Below are positions 35,383-45,550 of a stretch of DNA of 64,000 nucleotides, one piece after another. The notes below the pieces were generated by a model. That model did no database searches and was not told the origin of the DNA. It saw only the letters and a program-made list of their open reading frames with translations. Origin of the DNA: a virus. Taxonomy: Duplodnaviria; Caudoviricetes. Position numbers and translations under genes: made by a program. Location of the stretch: the IMG/VR virus record IMGVR_UViG_3300021093_000004. One strand, written 5' to 3'. Each line of letters begins with the position of its first letter. Position 1 is the first letter of the stretch.

Positions 35383-36759
35383 ATGGCAACGCAGACAATC
35401 GAATTTGCAGCCCCATCCGGCCAGACAATCACAGCAAAACTATTCGCTGCGGGGTCTGATACGATTGAGGCAACAGCAGGCAGCGTCACAGCCAGAACAA
35501 ATGCCACGGGCGTGTACGTCGCAACGGTGACGAGCACACTCGCAGGCGTGTATCGATTAGTCGCTACAAACCCAGCCGGAACGCTGCTCGCTCAGTGGTG
35601 GGTCAGATTAGCGAATGCCGATGGCACTTACATCGCATATGAAACCCCAAACGCTGACTATCTTGATGCAACAGTGAGCAGCAGGCTCGCAACCTCGGGC
35701 TATACAACACCACCGACAGCGGCAACGAATGCAACGGCAGTCAGAACGGAATTGGCAACCGAATTAGGTCGCATCGACGTAGCAGTCTCAACGCGATCAA
35801 CATTTGCCGGTGGTGCTGTAGCGTCGGTGACTGCAGGCGTCACAGTAAGCACAAACAACGACAAAACCGGCTACGCACTGATTGCAGTAACCGGACTCGG
35901 TAATCAGACGGCAAACATCACAGGCAACGTGAGCGGCTCCGTGGGCAGCGTGACGGGGGCCGTAGGAAGCGTGACGGGGGCTGTAGGCAGCGTGACAAAC
36001 AGAGTCACGGCAAATACGGATCAATGGAACGGCGTGACTGTAACAGGAATGCCGATGCCCACCTATGTGCAGCCGACTGGTTTTCTTGCGGCGACATTTC
36101 CCGCAACGGTCAGCAGTTTTGCTGGCGGTGCTGTAGCAAGCGTGACAGGCAATGTCGGCGGCAACGTCGTCGGGTCGGTTGGCAGCATTTCCGGAGTGAC
36201 GTTCCCGAGCAACTTTGCAGCCCTTGGCATCAATGCTAGTGGTCACGTTTCGCGTGTTGTGCTGGTCGATACAACGACGGCAAACAGTGATATGAGAGGT
36301 ACTGACGATGCACTGCTGGCAGCGAGCTACACGGCACCACTGAACACGGCAGGGACAGCGGCAGCGGTCTGGAACTCACTGCTAACGACTTACACGACTG
36401 CGGGCAGTTTCGGGGCAAGGGTGGTCAGGTCAACGGACAGCAACAGCAGCCTGCAGATCACTGGCAGCAATCATGCGGCGGCGGTGCTGCATGATGCCGA
36501 GCCGGACAGTATACCGGCGGACGCACTGGCGGCGGCAACTATCACGGCGATTCAAGCTGGGCTGGCGACGACGGCGAATCAGACGATCATCATTGACCGT
36601 GTGACGTTTGCTCTGACGGCACTGGTGGGGGCCTGCAGTGATGCACAGACGGCGGAGGAAACTTACACCCTGACGATCGGGGGAAGTACGTTCACGGTTG
36701 ATTACAGCGGGCTGGATTCGAGCGGCAATCGCAGCACAACGACATTGAGCAAGGCGTGA
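35383..36759 (+). CDS. Virion/fibre-associated Ala/Thr/Gly-rich protein
   Basis: GSVTGAV repeats, FAGGAVASVT duplicated, AVRTELATELGRIDVAVSTR. Confidence 0.65.
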   Translation: MATQTIEFAAPSGQTITAKLFAAGSDTIEATAGSVTARTNATGVYVATVTSTLAGVYRLVATNPAGTLLAQWWVRLANADGTYIAYETPNADYLDATVSSRLATSGYTTPPTAATNATAVRTELATELGRIDVAVSTRSTFAGGAVASVTAGVTVSTNNDKTGYALIAVTGLGNQTANITGNVSGSVGSVTGAVGSVTGAVGSVTNRVTANTDQWNGVTVTGMPMPTYVQPTGFLAATFPATVSSFAGGAVASVTGNVGGNVVGSVGSISGVTFPSNFAALGINASGHVSRVVLVDTTTANSDMRGTDDALLAASYTAPLNTAGTAAAVWNSLLTTYTTAGSFGARVVRSTDSNSSLQITGSNHAAAVLHDAEPDSIPADALAAATITAIQAGLATTANQTIIIDRVTFALTALVGACSDAQTAEETYTLTIGGSTFTVDYSGLDSSGNRSTTTLSKA

Positions 36760-37236
36760 GCATGAGCAGCGGTAGATTCAGTATGCGTGGTTATGCTAGC
36801 CAAGGTAGGCGAGCTGTGGGAAGGGCGTTGGCAAACGGCGAAACCGCGTCAGTGGTTGGGGGTGACATGTTTGACGCGGCGATTTGGGAATCGTCTTTCT
36901 GATGAATCTTGGCTAATTTCGCTGAGTCGGGCTGCATTATGATGATCGAGTCAGATCCTCTTCAAGCCCAGTTAATTCACCAAATTGGTCGCAAGGCCGT
37001 CCTACAACGATAAATAAGTTAATGGCCAAGTTTGAAATGTTGCGTGAAGATTGGGTTGTTTTTATCGTCAACCAAAAGCATGGTTTATAGATTACGCCTG
37101 TCGATGGCTTCAGAATTGTGTCCATCACGTTGACGTAACTGAATACCATCTTTGGATATGGCTACCCAAAATAACTTGTCTGTGTAAGTTTTATTACTTG
37201 CTACATAGTCCATAACCATATTCCAAGAGGATCACA

Positions 37237-37638
37237 ATGTCGAATTATCTACACACACTGATCGGCGGATTTTCAAATGATAAGCGGCGTGAAGTGCGAA
37301 AGCTTTTTGCGAGTGCCACGACGCAACCGACACCAACCGCAATCGTGTCAGTACGTGAAACCAATATCGCAATAGCCGTAGGAATTTTGTTTGAATTCAG
37401 ACAAATTGGGATAAGGAAATTTACTACTCAACAAGCCGCTAGGGTTATTGAGATTTTCGGATTGAACTCACATTTCGATGGGCACGAAATATTGACAGAA
37501 CTTGATGGTCTGTTTAGTGGCCCGAAAATCAGATTATACTCGATTGTTGAATCTTCAAATCGGGTATACGATGTCCCAGAAGACACCCGGTTACAACATT
37601 TATCACAGCAATTCCATCCACAAGAGAAATCGGCATGA
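37237..37638 (+). CDS. Hypothetical protein
   Basis: 133-aa ORF with SD GAGG. Confidence 0.55.
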   Translation: MSNYLHTLIGGFSNDKRREVRKLFASATTQPTPTAIVSVRETNIAIAVGILFEFRQIGIRKFTTQQAARVIEIFGLNSHFDGHEILTELDGLFSGPKIRLYSIVESSNRVYDVPEDTRLQHLSQQFHPQEKSA

Positions 37639-38249
37639 CTCCATTTGCTGAAAGCGAAACAGCGGTCGTATTTTGATGTCGTCCTCATTAGGAGATCCAA
37701 CCGGTGGCATCGAAAATATCGGAACGCGAACGCGGTGAGTTGAATGTGGGGCGTAAAAGCACATTAGTCCCACTTACTTTCAATCGATCTCTTGGTTATG
37801 TCCTGTCATCGGAATGTTGACACGTGTGTGGGGAGAACAACTATAGGTCGTGCTGGTCAGAAATTCAGACCACATTTGGCAAAGCGTCCAGATAAAACTA
37901 ACTAAAAGGACTATTATCGAAGCATTCAAATCTGCCCCCGGTCGTCAAAAATATTGACGTTTGTATGAACACCACGGAGTTTGATAATGGAGAAGGCCGA
38001 CTGTCCTCAGCGGTTCACAGTGTTAAGGTGATATTAACTGCTGACTTGAGACGGTGGAGCTTGATAGAAATGGAGTGATAAATTAGTTGGGGTCCGTTTT
38101 TTACAGTAGAGACAGAAGGTAATTGGTTTCGATCTTGATATTCCCTACTAGGACCTAGGTGTTAGATGTTTTGTTTAACCTTAGAAGGTCGTCTTGGTTT
38201 TTTTAGCTTATAGACCATCAAAAGTTTTACGTGTGACAAAGGAGCACAA

Positions 38250-38666
38250 ATGAATCGTAATCAAATCGTAATTTTAATTTCTGCTGTAGGTATGGCTGGT
38301 TTTACCGCGTTGACGGTAGCCGCATATCAGTCGCCGCTGGCCTATGGTACCAGTGAATCAGCGGCTCAAGTAGGCAACGGTGTTGGCATTGTCGGCCTGC
38401 TGACTTCGATCGGTGGCATGATTTGGTCCGTCGTCAATGGCGGGTCGCTGTCGTCGCTCGTCAAAGACGGTGGCACGATTACCAATTCTATCGACCTGCT
38501 GAGGCCAATCCTCGACGGAAAAGCGAACGTGACCGACTCATTGATTCGTGTAGCGTTGTTGACGCTGGAGATTGACCGCAGTGTCAAGGGTGACGCCGAG
38601 GGACTGAAACAGGTTCACAGTTTGTCTTCTCGAATTTTGCTAAAATCAGCGGAGCCGAAGACATAA
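38250..38666 (+). CDS. Membrane protein with two hydrophobic segments (holin-like position)
   Basis: SD AAAGGAG; hydrophobic IVILISAVGMAGFTALTVAAY and VGIVGLLTSIGGMIWSVV. Confidence 0.6.
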   Translation: MNRNQIVILISAVGMAGFTALTVAAYQSPLAYGTSESAAQVGNGVGIVGLLTSIGGMIWSVVNGGSLSSLVKDGGTITNSIDLLRPILDGKANVTDSLIRVALLTLEIDRSVKGDAEGLKQVHSLSSRILLKSAEPKT

Positions 38667-38756
38667 TTGGTGATGTTGTCGTTGGTGTGCTTGCGTGGTA
38701 GCTGATTGGTTTGGTCTCGCTCTTTTGCGGACTGAGGCAGCACTGATAATCGTTAG

Positions 38757-39173
38757 TTGGTCGTCGAGATTACTGGGAGTTTTAAGGTGAACCAACCACA
38801 AATCAAACGCGGCATTGATTGCCGCCTTCTATTGTTAGTGTGTGCGCTGCTGATCACCGGCTGCGTGGCTGATGTTGCCGAACCAAAGAAACCGTCTCCG
38901 AGAGCAAACACGCTGGAGCAAATTGCGTTCGAGTCGTTCCAGAAACGTGACGTGCTTCGAGCGGCGAAATTGCGAGCACTCAAAGGCACGAAGTACGACG
39001 GCAAACGAATACAAGCCATCGAGCAGGCCGGTGCGGAAGCGAGCACTGAAAGCTGGAAACGTGTTGCTGACGCTCTAGCAAAACGACTTGACGAGTTGCC
39101 GCAGGACGACCAAGCGGCGTTTGACGCGGTGATTGAGGAGTTGGCAAAGGCGGCGGAAAGGGCAGGAAAATGA
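38757..39173 (+). CDS. Putative lipoprotein
   Basis: Basic residues, then LLLLVCALLITGC lipobox, then a helical body. The true start may be downstream of 38757. Confidence 0.6.
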   Translation: MVVEITGSFKVNQPQIKRGIDCRLLLLVCALLITGCVADVAEPKKPSPRANTLEQIAFESFQKRDVLRAAKLRALKGTKYDGKRIQAIEQAGAEASTESWKRVADALAKRLDELPQDDQAAFDAVIEELAKAAERAGK

Positions 39174-39985
39174 GTGACGGACTCGGCCTCATCATTGACG
39201 AACAGCACGAACAAACGATTCACGATTTAGCTAAGGTGCCAGTGTCGTTTGGTGCAGGCGAAGACGTCACACCATGCTGGGTGCCACCTTTGATCGTCGA
39301 GTCTCAAGGAAGAACAAATTCATGCGCGGGTCATTCGATTGCGACCGCAGCGTCACACGCCAATTATGTGGCAACTGGCGAGGTGATTCGATTTAGTCGC
39401 CGATTTGGTTATATTACCAGTCAGTCATGCGGTAACTTCCTCGGTCGCGACGGCGGCACGTCTATTACGAGTACATTGATTGCCGCCACAAAATTTGGAT
39501 CGTGTCTGGAATCAACGTGTCCATTTTTAGAGCGATACAGCACACGGTTGCCTCAAGCAGCGTACACCGAGGCAGCAAATCATAAGCATCATGGAGAAGT
39601 TCGCTACGACTGCCGTGATTGGGATACGGCAATCAACTGGTTGACAGACCATCGGTGTATAGTTATCGGCACGAAATGGACAAGCGGCCAAGATGGTTGT
39701 ACCGGTTGTGAATCGAAGCGGGTCGGTACAAGTGGATCGTTTCGTGGTTATCATGCACGGCTGATCGTGGGCTGGGACACGTTCGATGATCTACTTTGTC
39801 CAGTGGTGCAAAACAGTCATGGCACACAATGGGGCAAACACGGACGAGCGATAATAACTCGCGACCTGTGGGATGAGGTATGGAAAAAGGACGCGAATTT
39901 TTTTGCGCTCGGATTCAGTCGCATTGACGAGGTAGAGCCACAACGTAAATCATGGTCGGAGTCGAAAGCAGGTGACACATGCTAG
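39170..39985 (+). CDS. Papain-like (C1) cysteine peptidase
   Basis: SQGRTNSCAGHS (oxyanion Q, catalytic C), GYHARLIVGWD (H), QNSHGTQWG (N). Confidence 0.85.
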   Translation: MSDGLGLIIDEQHEQTIHDLAKVPVSFGAGEDVTPCWVPPLIVESQGRTNSCAGHSIATAASHANYVATGEVIRFSRRFGYITSQSCGNFLGRDGGTSITSTLIAATKFGSCLESTCPFLERYSTRLPQAAYTEAANHKHHGEVRYDCRDWDTAINWLTDHRCIVIGTKWTSGQDGCTGCESKRVGTSGSFRGYHARLIVGWDTFDDLLCPVVQNSHGTQWGKHGRAIITRDLWDEVWKKDANFFALGFSRIDEVEPQRKSWSESKAGDTC

Positions 39986-40311
39986 ACCACGAAGCAGCGG
40001 TGAAATGTACTGCTAAACTAAACGAACATGGTTATCTTTTAAGTTATGACGATGACCAAAAAACAAAGGCGTCTTCGTACGTGTTCGCGGAGTTGCACGC
40101 ATACGCGGCTCAGCGTTTGCCTTTCGGTTGCGACGCAAAAAAGGCGGAGCAGGTGTTAAAAAAGGGGTTAAAGCATGTCCGAAACAACGCAAACCGCAAC
40201 CAACAGCAGGTTGAGCAAGCGGCGGGTGTGCCGATCCTGCTGATTCTCGGCCTGATCCCGACGTTGTATGCGTGGATCAAAATGCTGATCGATTGGTGGA
40301 GGGGCGAATAA
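39979..40311 (+). CDS. Hypothetical protein with C-terminal transmembrane helix
   Basis: VPILLILGLIPTLYAWIKMLIDWW. Confidence 0.6.
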   Translation: MLDHEAAVKCTAKLNEHGYLLSYDDDQKTKASSYVFAELHAYAAQRLPFGCDAKKAEQVLKKGLKHVRNNANRNQQQVEQAAGVPILLILGLIPTLYAWIKMLIDWWRGE

Positions 40312-40465
40312 TGCTGGGCGTTTGGCGGTATAGGCCGGTGACAAACGTCGCAGATTTGCGACAAATTTAAATATAGAATGACACTCGGTGTGAATTTAAC
40401 ATTGTAATACTTTTGGAATCGACTTGCGAGGCTGAGCCACACGGCAATGCGTGGAGGGTTTCGAA

Positions 40466-41431
40466 ATGAAAAACACCGTAATTTCGCTCACAGTCGCGAC
40501 GATGTTGTCGCTTGGTTGCGCTGCACGACCGCCGGGCGACTCACAAGAAATTGAACCGGAAGACGTTGTCATCGTTGAGCCGGTGGAAGAAACGGCGGGC
40601 GGTACATCGGTCGCCGTCGCGGTTTCGCCGGAGCAATTCGGCGAGGTGGCTAGTTGGTTTGGCACGGCTAATAGCGTTACCTTTTCAAATCCGATTCATG
40701 TCGAGCGTGACGGCACTACCCTCGACGCGAAAGCAGGCACGAAGATCGAGTATGAGATTGGCGACGGCAGCGGTCGGTTTGTGTTTGAAAAGCCGTGGCC
40801 CACGGTGCGAACGAACTTGCTCAGTCGCATGATTGGGGGAGTGTCGCTTTACGAAGTATTGCTCAAAGCCGATGGTAATGGCGTGGCAAAGACCGGTGTA
40901 GGTGCGTTTAAGCTTAAATGGCTTGACGATGGAGATATGGAGGCGGCTGCAGCGGAAGTCGACCTGCCGGAAGTGTGGTGTTATTCTTCGCCAGGCTGTC
41001 AGCCCTGTGAAAACGCGAAACGCGAACTTGCGAGTGCAGATGGATTGCCGTTTCAGATTGTGTGGAAAGACGACGCTCCGGTATGGTTGAAGTCGCGGCC
41101 TGCGTTCTGGTGGCACATTAGTGGAATAACACCATCGCAAGCGGACGTGAAAAACACGCGACAACAAACAGGCTGGAACGGACTTAAAAAATTCGTTGAT
41201 TCGTGGCGATCATCACGGGTTGCGGAAAATCAGGCGCAATCGCGGACGGTTGGCAGTTTTTCGTCAGGTCGCTGGTTGATAAATGGTAGCAGCACTCCGA
41301 GTCGCTCTGTGTTGCTGACGCATCTTACGAATGATGGCATACATCGCGGCAAACATGATAGGCAATGGTTAGCGACTCTGACTACTGAGCAGCTTCGGTG
41401 GTTGCATGACAGAGATCATGAAATTAAGTAA
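40466..41431 (+). CDS. Lipoprotein with thioredoxin-like CQPC domain
   Basis: MKNTVISLTVATMLSLGC lipobox; VWCYSSPGCQPCENAK; C-terminal HL...IH..H...L..L..EQLRWLHDRDH module. Confidence 0.72.
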   Translation: MKNTVISLTVATMLSLGCAARPPGDSQEIEPEDVVIVEPVEETAGGTSVAVAVSPEQFGEVASWFGTANSVTFSNPIHVERDGTTLDAKAGTKIEYEIGDGSGRFVFEKPWPTVRTNLLSRMIGGVSLYEVLLKADGNGVAKTGVGAFKLKWLDDGDMEAAAAEVDLPEVWCYSSPGCQPCENAKRELASADGLPFQIVWKDDAPVWLKSRPAFWWHISGITPSQADVKNTRQQTGWNGLKKFVDSWRSSRVAENQAQSRTVGSFSSGRWLINGSSTPSRSVLLTHLTNDGIHRGKHDRQWLATLTTEQLRWLHDRDHEIK

Positions 41432-41970
41432 GCCTGTATGAGACAAGGGAAGGTGAGGCACAGGCCAGATTCAGGTTTAATTCCTTCGCCGATGCTCCTA
41501 GAATGGTTAACTGTTGCGGGCCGGGGTGTCTGAAGCGTGGCTGAAATTATACAGAAAGTCCTGCAAAATTCCAACTAAGTTGGTAAGATACTATCGCAAG
41601 TGCTTCGAACGCACCACACCACGACCGGGAATGGTCTTAGATAAAAACACAAATAGATATATTAATATCACCAAAGCTAGTCCAGAACAACTAGCGGAAC
41701 TGGACGAATGGTGATGATCGCAATTTTGCCTGATGATCATGTGACATTAGAACACGAAAGGCTAACATGAATATCCATGAGATAATCGCTGAAGAAGCTT
41801 ATCAGGAATTCAATTGTTCTACAAGGTTTGGCGGCCATCTAAATATAACAGTAACAAAGGCAACGACTATAGTACAGTTTAACCTGGATGGCATCAAGAA
41901 GTACAAGACGGGGGGGGTGTCCACCCCGATTTGATTTAGTTGGCTTTTATGTCAAAAGAGAGAGGTACAC

Positions 41971-42393
41971 ATGAAGGCGTTTGTTCTTGCGGCCCTGATG
42001 GGTCTGGGACTGATGGTCGGTCAGTTGAGCGGTCAGGAAGCGGCTCCCAAGCCGGTTGCTGAAGGCGAAGCGATTCACCTGTTTGAACACGTGAAGTACG
42101 TGGACCTGCACGAAATGGCTCCCTGTGCAGTGCCTAAGATCATTGAAGTCAATGACCCTTGCGCCTGCGAATGCAAGTGCGAGTGCTCTGATCCGTGCAA
42201 GAAGGCCGGTGATGCCTGCGGCGCAGTCTGCGAGCAGAAAAAAGTACACATCCAGATCTGCATTCCAAAGTGCTACTGCGAGGAAGAAGTGATCTGCCGT
42301 CGCGATGGCGACCGCCTGCGTTACGAATACGGCGAATACGCCGTTGACGTGCGCGTCCGCAAGGGTTACATCGCTGTCGATTATCAGGACTAA
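41971..42393 (+). CDS. Secreted Cys-rich planctomycete-type protein
   Basis: SD AGAGGT; signal peptide; VKYVDLHEMAPCAVPKIIEVNDPC...VHIQICIPKC...YEYGEYAVDVRVRKGYIAVDYQD. Confidence 0.75.
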   Translation: MKAFVLAALMGLGLMVGQLSGQEAAPKPVAEGEAIHLFEHVKYVDLHEMAPCAVPKIIEVNDPCACECKCECSDPCKKAGDACGAVCEQKKVHIQICIPKCYCEEEVICRRDGDRLRYEYGEYAVDVRVRKGYIAVDYQD

Positions 42394-42612
42394 GCCAATC
42401 ACGAGGAAGGACCTGAAGATCACAGACCTTGATTTTTTAGAAATAGCTTCGTGCCAAGGTCATTCTACTATGGAGTCTACGGAAGATCAAGCACCGCAGA
42501 GACTCAACAACAAGCCAGTTTGATCATCCGCGAAAATGAGTTCTTGCTCATTTGATTGGACGCAAACGTATTGTAGTTCTCGGATACTCCGCCAGGACGC
42601 GGATACACACCT

Positions 42613-42649
42613 TCGGACCCGTCACTTTGTCGGGAAGTGACGGGTCCGA
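42613..42649. terminator. 15-bp hairpin, probable terminator
   Basis: TCGGACCCGTCACTT / AAGTGACGGGTCCGA with a 7-nt loop; the U-tract is weak. Confidence 0.55.
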
Positions 42650-42779
42650 TCTGTTTCCAGACTGAAAGGTCATCATGGAAGTTACGCGACCATGGGGACA
42701 TTACATTGACCATGTGCGAACTGAAGAATTAGCATGTTAAACCATTATTGTAAAACTGACACACCGCATATCATTACAA

Positions 42780-43007
42780 TTGTTTGCGGGTCGAATTTTG
42801 GTGAGGGGTTTACGGATTTGGCCAAGTCCAAATAATGATTTATTTGAAGTCAATCCTGGCAATAGATTTACCATTGACAAAGAGATTATACGTCAGATTA
42901 TAAATACTGGTCAAATTGATTTAATAATACACGAAATGCAATGCGGAGTGTGTTCAGAAAATGACATCGAACGCATTCAAGATCCTGATGGCAGAGAAAA
43001 ATCATGA
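42780..43007 (+). CDS. Hypothetical protein
   Basis: 75-aa ORF coupled to the next gene by an ATGA overlap. Confidence 0.45.
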   Translation: MFAGRILVRGLRIWPSPNNDLFEVNPGNRFTIDKEIIRQIINTGQIDLIIHEMQCGVCSENDIERIQDPDGREKS

Positions 43008-43660
43008 AACTCTTCATTACCCTTGATGACCACTTCAAATATCTCTCAGAATTAGTGGCCAGAAAACCGAAGGGTGTATTCATAGCCAGTTTTGGCATTT
43101 ATGCTGGCATCACATTTGACGGACGTGACACCACCGCGTGGGGTGAGCGGTATAAGCTTCAGACGCGAGACTTTTTGGAGAGTCTGCGTCCAATCCCAAA
43201 CGTTCGCTTAATGATCGGTATTCCGGATTACAAGAGTTGTCGCGGAAAAGTTGCGTGTTCGCATTGTGAATGCGGATACATTTACCAAATGACTCGGCTC
43301 TTGAATCACGCAGAACTATTTTCCGAATTCAAATGGAAAGCCGCGACTCAAGCACACGTCAAGTGCATTCTATTCTTTTTCGAGAAAGAAATTCTTGGAG
43401 TCGCTGGTGGTCGAAATCTGAACGATTCGAATTCTATTGATGCTACGTTCCAGATTGACTCTTCTGTTGGAACACAATTGTACCAACAGCTCGTTCCAAT
43501 TTGGAAAGCATCACACGATCTGACTGGCGAGGCGATTAATGCGGTTCTCGTTAAACAGGGAATCTCTCAATCGACCATTAATGGTATTATGGCTGAATTT
43601 GAAGCCGAAGACGCACTTCAACGGAAAGCCAGAGAAGTCTCTGAAAGTGCACCTGAATAG
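43004..43660 (+). CDS. Phospholipase D superfamily (HxK-type, nuclease-like) protein
   Basis: VFIASFGI; AHVKCILF...GVAGGRNLNDS is an HxK...G[SG]xN variant lacking the canonical Asp. Confidence 0.6.
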   Translation: MKLFITLDDHFKYLSELVARKPKGVFIASFGIYAGITFDGRDTTAWGERYKLQTRDFLESLRPIPNVRLMIGIPDYKSCRGKVACSHCECGYIYQMTRLLNHAELFSEFKWKAATQAHVKCILFFFEKEILGVAGGRNLNDSNSIDATFQIDSSVGTQLYQQLVPIWKASHDLTGEAINAVLVKQGISQSTINGIMAEFEAEDALQRKAREVSESAPE

Positions 43661-43671
43661 TGGGAATTCCA

Positions 43672-44835
43672 ATGCCAACAACCCAGAAGCCACGTATCAC
43701 GCCTTTGGCGATTCAATTACGTCCAGAGACATTGAACGATATCATAGGTCAAGAACATTTATTGGCCGCTGGTAAACCCATACGCAGAATGGCTGATACA
43801 AAAAAATTCCAAAGCACCATCTTTTGGGGGCCTCCGGGTGCTGGAAAAACTTCGCTAGTATCCGCTTTGGCTTCGGAAACAAACTCCAATTTCCATAAGC
43901 TAAATGCCACAGAAGCTACTGTAAAAGACCTTCGCAAGGTTATTGAGAATGCTCAGAAATTATTGCCGGATATTCGGACATTTGCTTTTGTTGATGAAAT
44001 CCATCGGTGGTCCAAATCCCAACAAGACGTAATGCTGCCGGTCGTTGAAGATGGGACTATTGTTTTATTTGGGGCGACGACAGAAAAGCCCAAATTCGCT
44101 GTCAATAGCACCATATTATCTCGATGCTTGGTCTTGGAGGTCAAGCCGCTTACCGCCGCAGATATATTGAAATTGATTATAAAAATTAAAGAATATTACA
44201 AGTCGAAAGATCGTCTTGTAAAAATTCCGCCAGAGGTAGCCAAACGGCTTATCAATCGATGTAGTGGTGATGCCAGAAAAGCGATAATGGCATTAGAGAC
44301 CGCTATTGAAATTTTGTCAGAGAATGATATAGTTACTCTCGATCACATTGATTTGGCAATCCCGGACAAGCATATAGTCTTTGATGCCCACGGTAATGAC
44401 CACTATGATCTTGCCCATTGTTATCAAGAAGCCATACAACATTCTGATACTGATGGAGCTATTTATTGGCTGGCTAAATGGATTCAGTCTGGAGAAGATC
44501 CGGCTTATATCTGTCGTCGAATGCTGATTACAGCATTTGAGGACTGTGCCGGTAATCCGTCCGCATGGTTAGCGGCTATGGCTGCGTGTTATACGGCTGA
44601 ACGCACCGGGCTTCCGGAATGCATGATTCCGATGTCTCTCGCTACTTGTGAGATGGGCCAAAGCAAACGAAACAAAAGTGCGTTTTATGCTATTCACGCA
44701 GCGATGGCCGATGTGGAGAACCGAGAAACGGTTCATGTTCCTCCGGGGTTGCGAGCAGGTACCAATGGTTATGTTCATGCTGTGAATAAACAGTACCTGA
44801 AAGGCTGGGGTCGTGATGTAAACCGGTTTGACTAA
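43672..44835 (+). CDS. rarA: Replication-associated recombination protein A (RarA/MgsA AAA+ ATPase)
   Basis: PLAIQLRPETLNDIIGQEHLL, GPPGAGKT, FVDEIHRWSKSQQD, LFGATTEKP, ILSRC, GDARKA, YICRRMLITAFED. Confidence 0.93.
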   Translation: MPTTQKPRITPLAIQLRPETLNDIIGQEHLLAAGKPIRRMADTKKFQSTIFWGPPGAGKTSLVSALASETNSNFHKLNATEATVKDLRKVIENAQKLLPDIRTFAFVDEIHRWSKSQQDVMLPVVEDGTIVLFGATTEKPKFAVNSTILSRCLVLEVKPLTAADILKLIIKIKEYYKSKDRLVKIPPEVAKRLINRCSGDARKAIMALETAIEILSENDIVTLDHIDLAIPDKHIVFDAHGNDHYDLAHCYQEAIQHSDTDGAIYWLAKWIQSGEDPAYICRRMLITAFEDCAGNPSAWLAAMAACYTAERTGLPECMIPMSLATCEMGQSKRNKSAFYAIHAAMADVENRETVHVPPGLRAGTNGYVHAVNKQYLKGWGRDVNRFD

Positions 44836-44974
44836 CTTTCAGATGAAATCGGCGGTACTGTGCATGGTATCGACCTTGCTACATTTCGTAACCAATTAAA
44901 TGCAGCCACCTTCGAAATCTTTTCAGTGGTTTTATTTTAGCTGCGACCAGATCTCTTGCATCATGATATATCCT

Positions 44975-45550
44975 TTATAGATGATGACCAATAATAACTT
45001 TTGAATAGTTGACAATCGGATTATGTTTTAGAAGCTTCGACAACCAGCGATAATCGCTATATCGTCCGCCGTTGGTAGCCCACCTTTCTCGTGCTGCTAG
45101 CTCTCTCTTGACGCACAAACACATTGTGTCAATATCACCAGCCTTTATGTTATTGGCAGTTGGGATAATAAGATTTTGATGTTTGGTTCGGACAATGCCA
45201 ATGTCAAAACCTTGAGCCGCACTATATTGAGATACCAGTGCATGTTGATAATAGATATTATCATCATCCCAGAATACTAGGTATTCTCCCTTCGCTTCCG
45301 TGATTCCTACGTCGCGGGCAGCCGCTCCATAATCTCCGTGAAGTTGCTGCATTTTAACCACCAAATCATTCACCGGCAACTTTGTATCAAGATTAAATTT
45401 GCGATGATCGCGTTCATCCATCGCTTCTTGAATTATAATGATCTCAACCGCTAGTCCGGCGACAGACTGCTGTTCAATATAATCCAACACCCTGACCAGA
45501 TTGGCGGATCGTGCGGTAGCAACGATTATGGACAAGTCGTATGTTAACAT
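44975..45550 (-). CDS. Glycosyltransferase family 2
   Basis: LSIIVATAR, ARDVGITEAKGEYLVFWDDDN. Confidence 0.85.
   Translation of the reverse strand: MLTYDLSIIVATARSANLVRVLDYIEQQSVAGLAVEIIIIQEAMDERDHRKFNLDTKLPVNDLVVKMQQLHGDYGAAARDVGITEAKGEYLVFWDDDNIYYQHALVSQYSAAQGFDIGIVRTKHQNLIIPTANNIKAGDIDTMCLCVKRELAARERWATNGGRYSDYRWLSKLLKHNPIVNYSKVIIGHHL

Noticed and set aside
42480-42612. tmRNA, RNase P or intron remnant
   Set aside because: No tRNA-like acceptor or T arm, no GAGGAAAGTCC, and no group I/II consensus found.
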